From contig CAZYBD010000010.1 in the NCBI GenBank assembly GCA_964645515.1, forward strand, positions 1-26,856: a stretch of DNA of 26,856 bases, written 5' to 3'. This document shows, piece after piece, positions 1-8,212 of the stretch. The notes beneath the pieces are model-generated. The model made no database searches. It was not told the origin of the DNA and saw only the letters and a list, made by a program, of their open reading frames with translations. Every line of letters begins with the position of its first letter. Position 1 is the stretch's first letter. Origin of the DNA: an uncultured Dehalococcoidia bacterium. GTDB taxonomy: Bacteria; Chloroflexota; Dehalococcoidia; Lucifugimonadales; UBA3495. A program made the position numbers and the translations under genes.

Positions 1-1599
1 CACACCGATTGCTATGGTCGCGTTGTTGTAGTTCACAACGGCATTGTGGAGAACTACCTTGAATTAAAACGGCGGCTGATGGAAAGTGGCCACGTTTTTG
101 AATCCGAGACTGACACCGAAGTCCTGACCCATCTGGTGGAAGAGGGTATGGATCTGGGACTGGACTTCCAAGAGGCATTTCGTCGGATGAGTCGCATGGT
201 CAAAGGCTCTCAGGCGATTACGGCAATGCGACCCAACAACGGCACCGAGATATGCGCGCTCCGTCTGGGCTACGCCGGCGGCATCGTGGTGGCCCATCAT
301 GATGGCCAGGCCATCGTCGGTAGTGATCTCCCGGCTCTCTTACCCATTTTGGAACGTGACTCCCAAGTAGGGCAAGTCGGGTTTTTGGAAACGGGCGAAA
401 TCGCCATCGTTAGCCGTGAGGGTGTCAAGTACCAGGACTTGGAAGGAAACCAGATCGAAAAGCAGTCTAGGGTGGTCTCTCAAGAAGAGGTGCTGGTGGA
501 CAAGGGCGGCCATCCCCACTTCATGCTCAAAGAGATCATGGAGCAGCCCCTTGCGGTCGCTGGAGCCCTCAGAGAACGGGTGAATTTCGATCATGGACGA
601 GTAGAATTGCCTGATTTTCCTCTCTCTGACCAGGAAGTAGCGGAACTGGACCGGGTGGTTCTGGTAGGATGCGGCACCAGCCTCAACGCTGCCCAGGTGG
701 GACGACACTTAATAGAGCGCTTGGGCGGACTGCCCGCTGAAGCCGAGAGCGCGTCTGAATTCCGCTACCGGGATCCACATATCGGGCCTAACACGCTAGT
801 GGTTTCCATCGGGCAGTCTGGCGAGACCGCGGACACTATAGCAGCGATGCACTTGGCCCGCGACAAGCAGGCCAAGTTGGTAACCATCTGCAACACCGAA
901 GGGAGTCAAGCCACCCGGGTCGCCAACGGGACCCTTTATATGAGAGCTGGCCTGGAAATAGGGGTTGCCAGCAGCAAGACATTCGTAGCGTCGCTCACGA
1001 TCCTCAATTTGCTGGCCATCTATATCGGACAGGTCCGCGGTTCCTTGGATGAAGCGGCCAGCAGGGAATTGGTCGACGGACTGGCCCAATGTCCGCGACT
1101 GATCGGCGAAATGCTCTCTAACACTGGGGCGTATCGCCACTTGGCACAACAAATTTTTAAGTACAATAACTTCCTGTTTCTGGCCCGTGGCTTTAACGCC
1201 CCCATCGCGTTGGAAGGGGCGTTAAAGCTCAAAGAAGTTAGTTACATCCACGCGGAGGGTTATCCCGCAGGGGAAATGAAGCACGGTCCAATTGCTCTCA
1301 TAGACCCCGGGATGTGTACCGTCGCACTTGCGCCCAAAGATTCCTTGTATGAAAAAGTCTCTAACAATGTGAAAGAGGTCAAGACCAGAGACGGGCACGT
1401 GGTGGCAGTGTTGACCCGGGGTGACAATGAGATGGCTTCTGAAGTGGACCATGCACTATTCATCCCGGACGCTCCGGAACATCTGATACCCATTTTGGCC
1501 ACTATCCCGTTGCAGTTGTTGGCGTACTATATTGCGTTACTCCGCGGGTGTGACGTCGATCAACCCAGAAACCTAGCCAAATCCGTAACGGTGGAATAA
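1..1599 (+). CDS. glmS: Glutamine--fructose-6-phosphate aminotransferase (isomerizing), 5'-truncated by window edge
   Basis: Frame 1 is open from base 1 (HTDCYGRVVVVHNGIVENY). Motifs FESETDTEV, HFMLKEIMEQP, GCGTS, SQSGET-like GQSGETADT, ALKLKEVSYIHAEGYPAGEMKHGPIALID and C-terminal DVDQPRNLAKSVTVE. Confidence 0.98.
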   Translation, partial: HTDCYGRVVVVHNGIVENYLELKRRLMESGHVFESETDTEVLTHLVEEGMDLGLDFQEAFRRMSRMVKGSQAITAMRPNNGTEICALRLGYAGGIVVAHHDGQAIVGSDLPALLPILERDSQVGQVGFLETGEIAIVSREGVKYQDLEGNQIEKQSRVVSQEEVLVDKGGHPHFMLKEIMEQPLAVAGALRERVNFDHGRVELPDFPLSDQEVAELDRVVLVGCGTSLNAAQVGRHLIERLGGLPAEAESASEFRYRDPHIGPNTLVVSIGQSGETADTIAAMHLARDKQAKLVTICNTEGSQATRVANGTLYMRAGLEIGVASSKTFVASLTILNLLAIYIGQVRGSLDEAASRELVDGLAQCPRLIGEMLSNTGAYRHLAQQIFKYNNFLFLARGFNAPIALEGALKLKEVSYIHAEGYPAGEMKHGPIALIDPGMCTVALAPKDSLYEKVSNNVKEVKTRDGHVVAVLTRGDNEMASEVDHALFIPDAPEHLIPILATIPLQLLAYYIALLRGCDVDQPRNLAKSVTVE

Positions 1600-1879
1600 A
1601 TTCCTGTGCTAGTGGTTTATGAAAACTAAAGTTGTAGGTAGAAGGATTTGGTAGTACAACGCAAATCCTTCGAGGTTTAACAACTGATCCGCAGAACTGG
1701 AAGCGGCTTCAAAGAATGAAAGTAGATGTTTTTGCATCTCAACCACTCTCCTTTCTCGTTGGACAGGTTTACCCCATTCATTGACTCAGGTGTGGAATCT
1801 GAGCTAACGTTCGTGTTAGCCTGCAGCAGTGGCGTCCCGACCTGACTCCCATCTACATCTCGACTAATACGCTATTGCT

Positions 1880-2797
1880 TTGCTAAATTCTTTCCGAGTA
1901 ACTGCTCCTGCCTCCGCCGCCAACCTGGGTCCAGGGTTTGACTGTCTGGGGTTGGCCCTAGACATCTGGAACACCATCGACATTGAGGTTTTGGAACGCA
2001 GAGTACCATTAGCGATCCAAGTCTCCGGCGAAGGCGCTGACGAGTTGGAGGTCGGGAAGGAAAATCTGGTCTACCGATCGATGGCGTTCCTTTTCAACGA
2101 GGCCGGGTCGAAAATACCCGCATTAAAGCTCAGTTCCCACAACAATATCCCGATGTCCCGAGGGTTGGGCAGTAGTTCGGCTGCCATTGCCACCGGCCTA
2201 GTCGCCGCTAATGAGTTGTGCGAGACCGAATTCACCGCCAACGACCTACTTGAAATGGCTACGACAATTGAAGGCCACCCCGATAATGTCGCTGCCTCGC
2301 TCTTGGGTGGTCTGCACCTTGTGGTAGCCGAAGATCAGCAAATTTTCCCTGTTTCAATCGGAGTCCCTCCTGAAATGCGTGCGGTGCTATTCATCCCCGA
2401 GTGCAGGATTTCGACTGTGGCTTCCCGCGAGGTTGTTCCGAAGAAGGTATCAATGTCGGATGCAGTGCACAATATGAGCAGGACTGCCTTGTTGGTTGCT
2501 GGGTTCGCCACCAACCATCCGGAATATCTGGCCGTCGCCACTCAAGATCGGTTGCATCAGCCGTACCGCCAGCTCTTATTTCCAGCAATGAAGCTGCTAT
2601 TCGAGACGGCGTTGAAAGCTGGTGCGCTGGGCGTGTTCCTTGCCGGCAGCGGCTCGACCGTGCTGGCCCTGACTCAAGGCCGGGAGATGACGGTCGCCTA
2701 CGAGTTGGCGGAGACGGCTCGTCAGGCAGGAGTCGAAGGAAAGGTTAAGATAACCTGTCCCGTCTCGTTGGGTGCTCATGTCGTGGAGGCGACTTAG
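1880..2797 (+). CDS. thrB: Homoserine kinase (GHMP kinase family)
   Basis: PASAANLGPGFDCLGLAL, IPMSRGLGSSSAA, IEGHPDNVAA and DRLHQPYR motifs. The TTG start is uncertain because there is no clear SD. Confidence 0.95.
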   Translation: MLNSFRVTAPASAANLGPGFDCLGLALDIWNTIDIEVLERRVPLAIQVSGEGADELEVGKENLVYRSMAFLFNEAGSKIPALKLSSHNNIPMSRGLGSSSAAIATGLVAANELCETEFTANDLLEMATTIEGHPDNVAASLLGGLHLVVAEDQQIFPVSIGVPPEMRAVLFIPECRISTVASREVVPKKVSMSDAVHNMSRTALLVAGFATNHPEYLAVATQDRLHQPYRQLLFPAMKLLFETALKAGALGVFLAGSGSTVLALTQGREMTVAYELAETARQAGVEGKVKITCPVSLGAHVVEAT

Positions 2798-2859
2798 CCG
2801 GCCCAACTGGCTCGGCACGGCGGTTTCTTTACGTTCCTCGTCAAATTTGTTGATCACAT

Positions 2860-2887
2860 TTGACCGGGGGTCAGGCCGTGTGATAAT
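2860..2887 (+). promoter_or_regulatory. Putative sigma70 promoter for the aspartokinase gene
   Basis: TTGACC (2860-2865), 16-nt spacer, GATAAT (2882-2887) preceded by TGn, about 50 nt upstream of the ATG. Confidence 0.45.
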
Positions 2888-2937
2888 CGTACCCGGCGTC
2901 TGGGTTGTTCCTACTATGAATTCATCTGATTGAGAAC

Positions 2938-4242
2938 ATGGCACTGGTAATACAAAAATACGGCGGGTCCTCTGTGGGTGACGCCGATAAAATCTTGAAC
3001 GTGGCCGGCCGGATCAACCGTGTCAAGGAAAGCGGTTCGGATGTTGTGGCTGTCGTATCTGCTATGGGAGCCACTACAGATGAGTTGATCAGTCTGGCCA
3101 ATTCGGTGTCTCGGGAACCCGACCCGCGTGAAATGGACCTGCTGCTGTCCACGGGAGAACTGGTGTCGTGCACCTTGCTCACCATGGCCCTTAGAGATTT
3201 AGGGCACGAGGCCATCAGCCTCACCGGCCCACAGGCCGGGATCCTAACCGACACAAGCTACGGCCGCGCCCGTATCCATCGAGTCGAAGCCGCGCGCGTC
3301 CGAAATGAACTGGAGAAAGGCAGGACCGTTGTGGTGGCAGGGTTCCAAGGGATAACTGAAGGACAAGATGTGACAACTCTGGGCCGGGGCGGGTCCGATA
3401 CCACGGCAGTGGCTTTGGCAGCGGCACTTAGTGCCGACCGATGCGAGATCTATACGGACGTGGACGGGATTTACACTGCCGATCCCCGAGTGGTACCGGA
3501 GGCCCGAAAGTTGGAAAAGATTGGCTTTGATGAGATGCTGGAATTGGCCAACTCCGGGGCCAAAATGAACCCACGTTCCATCGAGCTTGGCGCGGTTTAC
3601 CGGGTGCCAATCTACGTGGCGTCCAGCTTCAACGATTCGCCAGGTACCCTGATATACGGCGGTTGGAACGATGTTGTTGACGAGCAGGTTAACCCAAGGG
3701 GCGAGTCGAATCGCTCCTCAACCGCCCCGCCTGGGGAGCCAAGACCAATGGGGATATCTATGGAAGACAGAATAAAAGTAACCGGAATCGCATTGAATGC
3801 CAACGTGGCTAAAATAACGGTGAGGAGCGTCCCCGACCGACCTGGGGTAGCTGCCGCTCTCTTCGAGCCGCTGGCCCAAGCCTCCATCAGCGTTGATACC
3901 ATTGTCCAGAACACCAGCGAAGACCGTACGACCGACATCAGCTTTACGGTGAACCGCAATGACCTGTCGGCGGCCCTCAAAAAGGTCAAGGAGTTAACGG
4001 CAAAGCTGGGCACCGCTGGAGTAGCCAGCGACGACAGCCTAGCTTCCGTGAGCATAGTGGGTTCAGGGATGCAGAACAGCCCAGGCTACGCGTCTCGAAT
4101 GTTTAGAGTGCTGGCGAACGGCAGCGTAAACATTGATATGATCACTACTTCTGAAATTCGTATTTCATGCATTATTAAGGAAGAAGAAGCTCAAAAAGCG
4201 GTGCGGCTGCTCCATGAGGGCTTCGATTTGGACCAGGCATAG
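2938..4242 (+). CDS. lysC: Aspartate kinase with two C-terminal ACT domains
   Basis: MALVIQKYGGSSV, VVSAMGATTDEL, VVAGFQG, TTLGRGGSDTTAVALAAAL and YTDVDGIYTADPR, followed by ACT repeats (VPDRPGVAA; SIVGSGM...ITTSEIRIS). Confidence 0.97.
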   Translation: MALVIQKYGGSSVGDADKILNVAGRINRVKESGSDVVAVVSAMGATTDELISLANSVSREPDPREMDLLLSTGELVSCTLLTMALRDLGHEAISLTGPQAGILTDTSYGRARIHRVEAARVRNELEKGRTVVVAGFQGITEGQDVTTLGRGGSDTTAVALAAALSADRCEIYTDVDGIYTADPRVVPEARKLEKIGFDEMLELANSGAKMNPRSIELGAVYRVPIYVASSFNDSPGTLIYGGWNDVVDEQVNPRGESNRSSTAPPGEPRPMGISMEDRIKVTGIALNANVAKITVRSVPDRPGVAAALFEPLAQASISVDTIVQNTSEDRTTDISFTVNRNDLSAALKKVKELTAKLGTAGVASDDSLASVSIVGSGMQNSPGYASRMFRVLANGSVNIDMITTSEIRISCIIKEEEAQKAVRLLHEGFDLDQA

Positions 4243-4326
4243 TTTGTGTTTGGGTCCAGTCCATTACTAAATCGGATTCGATTAATCTCTTCGCCTGTAA
4301 GGACCTAGCGACTAATCTTCTAGAAG

Positions 4327-5085
4327 GTGCAGTTTTTGACCCGTCCCTATCTATCCATCGTAATTCCTGCCTATAACGAGGAGGCGCGGATTCCCAGGAC
4401 GCTGGAATTGGTGATCGGGTATCTCAGCCGCCAAATTTACGAATGGGAGATTGTCGTGGCGGATGACGGCAGTTCCGACGGGACGGCCCAAGCGGTCGAA
4501 AATGAGGCCTCCAACAATGCTCGGGTCCGGTTGCTGTCACTGGACCATAGGGGCAAAGGGTGGGCGGTGAAGAACGGAATGGCGGCCGCGACAGGAACGT
4601 ACCGGTTGTTGTGCGACGCTGACCTGGCGGTTCCGATCGAGCAGGTGGATCGGCTGCTGATACCACTGGCAAAAGACTGCGATATAGCTATTGGTTCCAG
4701 AGAGGCCCAGGGGGCGGTACGCTTCGGTGAACCAGTGCGGCGGCACCTAATGGGGCGCATCTACAATGAGTTGGTGCGGCGACTCACTGTACCTGCCTTG
4801 GAAGATACTCAGTGTGGCTTCAAATGCTTCAAGACCGGGTTCGCCAATCAACTGTTTGGGCTCCAGACAATGGACGGCTTCGCCTTCGATGTAGAAGTGC
4901 TATACATGGCATGGAAACAGGGTTTGTTGATAACCGAGACTGGGGTTGATTGGTACTACCAGAAAAATAGCAAAGTCCGAACCATTCGCGACTCCTCAAT
5001 GATGACGTTGGACCTGTTGAAAATCAGGTGGCGTCACCGCAAAACGGCTCCTGTCCGGGGACCTGCAGACTCAAACATCAACTAG
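4327..5085 (+). CDS. GT2 glycosyltransferase, polyprenol/dolichyl-phosphate glucosyltransferase-like
   Basis: LSIVIPAYNEEARI, DDGSSDGT, GKGWAVKNG, DxD motif CDADLAVP, DTQCGFK and GFAFDVEVL. GTG start with SD-like GAAGG. Confidence 0.9.
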   Translation: MQFLTRPYLSIVIPAYNEEARIPRTLELVIGYLSRQIYEWEIVVADDGSSDGTAQAVENEASNNARVRLLSLDHRGKGWAVKNGMAAATGTYRLLCDADLAVPIEQVDRLLIPLAKDCDIAIGSREAQGAVRFGEPVRRHLMGRIYNELVRRLTVPALEDTQCGFKCFKTGFANQLFGLQTMDGFAFDVEVLYMAWKQGLLITETGVDWYYQKNSKVRTIRDSSMMTLDLLKIRWRHRKTAPVRGPADSNIN

Positions 5086-5194
5086 CAGTGTCTGGCACCT
5101 GTTTTCTCCCTAGGGGCGTAAACTCCACCTAACAGGCTGACCTCGGACGCGCCTAAAATACCCTCAATTTTGGATTTATGAACATTGATTGGGC

Positions 5195-5223
5195 TTGACC
5201 TTTTGCGCGTGCATGGTGTAACT
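5195..5223 (+). promoter_or_regulatory. Putative sigma70 promoter for the TPR-domain gene
   Basis: TTGACC (5195-5200), 17-nt spacer, weak -10 GTAACT (5218-5223). The same -35 hexamer occurs at 2860 and 13985. Confidence 0.3.
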
Positions 5224-5321
5224 AATAAATCTACCTAGGCAAGGGATGCTCTCGGTGGAACGTTCGTTAAAGCGGACAAATCTCGGCCTTCGGTCGTAGT
5301 TATAAGTCGTTTGGAGAAAGG

Positions 5322-6116
5322 ATGGACTCGGATACAACGCAAACAGCTAACAGTATGAGGCTAAAGCGGGACTTGAGCCGTGAAGCTGTTAACCTCGCTC
5401 TCGAAGGAGGATGGGAACGGGCTACCGAAGTGAACAAAGCAATCTTGGAGTTGTTCACCGAGGACGTCGAGGCTATGAACCGCTTGGCCAAGGCCTTCAT
5501 AGAAATGGGTCACTACACAGATGCCAAAGCTGTTCTGGACCGCGTCTGCGAGGTGGCGCCATACAACAACATCGCCAAGAAGAACCGGGCACGTTTGGAG
5601 CAGATGAGCGCCAGTCCCTCTGACGGCAAACAGATACGCAAACCCACCGGCGTCCCGCAATTGTTTATAGAGGAAAGCGGTAAGTCTAGTACTACAGTAC
5701 TGCGCAACGTCCCTGACAAAAAGACGATCTCTCACGTTTCTCCGGGCGATCCGGTCACCCTTGAACAGGAAAACAACGCCTTGACCGTTTACTGCGGAGA
5801 TGGTGGGCCCGTGGGGCAGATCGAACCCAAGACGGCTAAACGGCTCATTCAGCTAATCGAGGGCGGCAATACCTACGCGGCCGCCATTATCGGCATCAAC
5901 GAGCAAGGGGTCTCGGTGATCATCCGGGAAACGTTCCGGCACAGGAGTCTGCAAAACGTCTGCTCGTTTCCAACCAAGAGCAAAGATGACGGTCGTGTCT
6001 ACCTAAACGAGAGCGTGGTCCGCTTCATGCGGGACGAAGAGACCGACGAGGATGACGAGGAAGAAAACGTTATCGACGAAGAGGTGTTGGAAAGCGACTG
6101 GTCAGAGAACGAGTAG
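5322..6116 (+). CDS. TPR-repeat protein with C-terminal HIRAN-like domain and acidic tail
   Basis: N-terminal helical TPR-like repeats (AVNLALEGGWERATEVNKAIL; DVEAMNRLAKAFIEMGHYTDAKAVLDRV; PYNNIAKKN). The C-terminal beta-rich segment follows the HIRAN pattern, and the tail is D/E-rich. SD GGAGAAAGG lies before the ATG. Confidence 0.8.
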   Translation: MDSDTTQTANSMRLKRDLSREAVNLALEGGWERATEVNKAILELFTEDVEAMNRLAKAFIEMGHYTDAKAVLDRVCEVAPYNNIAKKNRARLEQMSASPSDGKQIRKPTGVPQLFIEESGKSSTTVLRNVPDKKTISHVSPGDPVTLEQENNALTVYCGDGGPVGQIEPKTAKRLIQLIEGGNTYAAAIIGINEQGVSVIIRETFRHRSLQNVCSFPTKSKDDGRVYLNESVVRFMRDEETDEDDEEENVIDEEVLESDWSENE

Positions 6117-6142
6117 ACGGTTCACCGTGCTTTGCGATGAAC

Positions 6143-6179
6143 CAAGAATCTCTCCCTTCGTCCAAGGGAGAGATTCTTG
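6143..6179 (+). terminator. Perfect 16-bp hairpin, probable terminator after the TPR gene
   Basis: CAAGAATCTCTCCCTT / AAGGGAGAGATTCTTG with a 5-nt loop, 27 nt after the stop codon. The following tail (CTTGTT) is only partly U-rich. Confidence 0.5.
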
Positions 6180-6346
6180 CTTGTTGCGGTGGGCCGGCTG
6201 GGACGTGTCAATGAGGAGTGGCCTCGCTGAGAATGAAATGGGTATTGATAACCTAAGACTTCACCTATAGAATTATGCATTGTCGTTCAGTCTCGGTCCC
6301 CAAGAAACGACGCTAAACTCTCAAGTCAGAAGAGGAGGACAGGTGA

Positions 6347-6712
6347 TTGACTGTATTAGGCTGTCATCTATTGCTGGAATTAAAGGACTGTAACCCGGCA
6401 CTGCTCAACGATCTGAACTTCATACGTCGGGCGATGCTGACGACCGCTCAAGACGTAGGCGCCACAGTCGTCGGCGAGTCTTTCCACCACTTCACTCCAC
6501 AGGGTGTCACCGGTATTCTTGCCATCGCGGAATCTCACATTTCGATACACACTTGGCCGGAGTATGGGTATGCTGCGGCTGATATCTTTTCTTGTGGCTC
6601 ATCGTTCCGCCCTTGGGAGGCGGCCAAAAGGCTGGCAGACCTGCTAGAGTCTAAGGATGCGGACTTCAAGGAAGTCGAGCGGGGGTTCCTTACCGAGGCA
6701 GTAGTCAACTAA
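6347..6712 (+). CDS. speD: S-adenosylmethionine decarboxylase proenzyme (short class 1b)
   Basis: LGCHLLLELKDC, FTPQGVTG, self-cleavage motif AESHISIHTWPEYGYAAADIFSCG. SD GAGGAGG is 8 nt before the TTG. Confidence 0.95.
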   Translation: MTVLGCHLLLELKDCNPALLNDLNFIRRAMLTTAQDVGATVVGESFHHFTPQGVTGILAIAESHISIHTWPEYGYAAADIFSCGSSFRPWEAAKRLADLLESKDADFKEVERGFLTEAVVN

Positions 6713-6715
6713 ATC

Positions 6716-7627
6716 ATGGAATTGACAGGTAAATGGTTTGTTGAAAGCGTCTTTCCGGACCTGGCCATCATGCTCCGGGTCCAAAAAGTTTTTTACTCTG
6801 GGGAGACTGACTACCAGAAAGTGGAAGTCTTAGAGTCAGACGTCTTTGGCCGTAGCCTGGTCCTAGACGGTAAGACTCAGTCCACTGAGAAGGACGAGTT
6901 CGTTTACCACGAATCTTTGGTGCATCCTGCCATGCTCTGCCATCCGTGCCCGAAGAGCGTTTTCATCGGCGGCGGGGGAGAAGGGGGCACATTGCGCGAG
7001 GTCTTGGCGCACAACACGGTGGAAAAAGTGACCATGTTGGATCTGGACCAAGAGGTGGTAGAACTGTGCCGTCGCTATTTACCGAACCATCACCGAGGCA
7101 GCTTTGACGACCCTAGGACCAGCTTGCTGCACCGAGATGCTAGGGCATTTTTGGAGGACCCTGGTGACGGTTTCGATGTTATTATTCTCGATCTGGTCGA
7201 CCCTCTTGAGGGGGGGACGGCCTATCTGTTGTATACCGACGAATTCTACCGGATTGCCAAAAACAGGCTGAACCCCGGCGGCGTCCTTGTTACTCAGTCG
7301 GGACCGGCCGGTCTGCTTAGCTTCGACGAGTGCTTCACTACAATCTTTAACACGCTGAGGAACGTCTTTGCCCACACCGCGGCCGCGCAAGTTCATGTGC
7401 CAGCGTTCGAAACTCTCTGGGGATTCACACTCGCCTCCGATTCTCCACTATTGCAGATATCGGACGAGAGCATAGATCAACTGCTTTCCATCCGTGTCAA
7501 AAACGACCTAAATCATTACGATGCCGAGACTCATCGCGGTATGTTTGCATTGCCCAAGCATTTGCGAAACGGTCTCAAGTCCGAGACTCGCATAAACCGC
7601 GACGCCACTCCCGTCTTCATGGCCTGA
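6716..7627 (+). CDS. speE: Polyamine aminopropyltransferase (spermidine/thermospermine synthase family)
   Basis: YQKVEVLES, LVLDGKTQSTEKDEFVYHESLVHPAM, GGGEGGTLREVL, DLVDP, LNPGGVLVTQSG. Starts 3 nt after the speD stop. Confidence 0.95.
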   Translation: MELTGKWFVESVFPDLAIMLRVQKVFYSGETDYQKVEVLESDVFGRSLVLDGKTQSTEKDEFVYHESLVHPAMLCHPCPKSVFIGGGGEGGTLREVLAHNTVEKVTMLDLDQEVVELCRRYLPNHHRGSFDDPRTSLLHRDARAFLEDPGDGFDVIILDLVDPLEGGTAYLLYTDEFYRIAKNRLNPGGVLVTQSGPAGLLSFDECFTTIFNTLRNVFAHTAAAQVHVPAFETLWGFTLASDSPLLQISDESIDQLLSIRVKNDLNHYDAETHRGMFALPKHLRNGLKSETRINRDATPVFMA

Positions 7628-8212
7628 CCGACCTGTCTGCTCCCTCTACGCTGTTCACAGCCTTAACATGCCGCGCCGTCAAGTATCCGTGCTACTTCGC
7701 CCTAGTTTCGATTGAGCGGAAGAATATTGGCCCTCAGGCCGAATGTATCTCCAAGCAGTTCCAGTGGGCGATTGAGGTGCGGTCGGGAGATTTTGAGATC
7801 CGCGATCTTTCCCGCCGCAGCTACGATCAGAGTTGTGGCTAACGCAGAGTCGAGAAAATGCCAACTCATCGCCTCGGAACCGGTGGAACCTACTAGCCAG
7901 AGAACAGTCCAGATGGTGATGGTCAAGGGTTGTTAATCTTGCAGCGGGACCATGAATAGGACCGTTCTAGCCGATGACTCTATTTCCGGTTATTCCGACT
8001 TGGCAAGCTGAGGCAGGATGATTCGAACATGCTTTAGCGGGGCCCGAAATAGAGGAAGGTCACCAAGCGATAATAAACAGCTCCAAGTACGAAGCGTGTT
8101 CATTTCGCCCGTCGAGGTGTCGTTCCGGACTCTATCCAGCCAAACCCCTAAACCCCTCTACCGCGGCGTATCGAGAAACAACATGTCTACAATTGCTGGT
8201 TAACGCCGGTCC

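Noticed and set aside
1619-1654. Short ORF MKTKVVGRRIW as a possible thr attenuator peptide
   Set aside because: It has no Thr/Ile codon run, no SD, and no matching terminator/antiterminator before thrB.
6240-6346. Possible SAM riboswitch upstream of speD
   Set aside because: I could not find SAM-I, SAM-II or SAM-SAH consensus elements; there is only a weak GTCGTT/AACGAC pairing.
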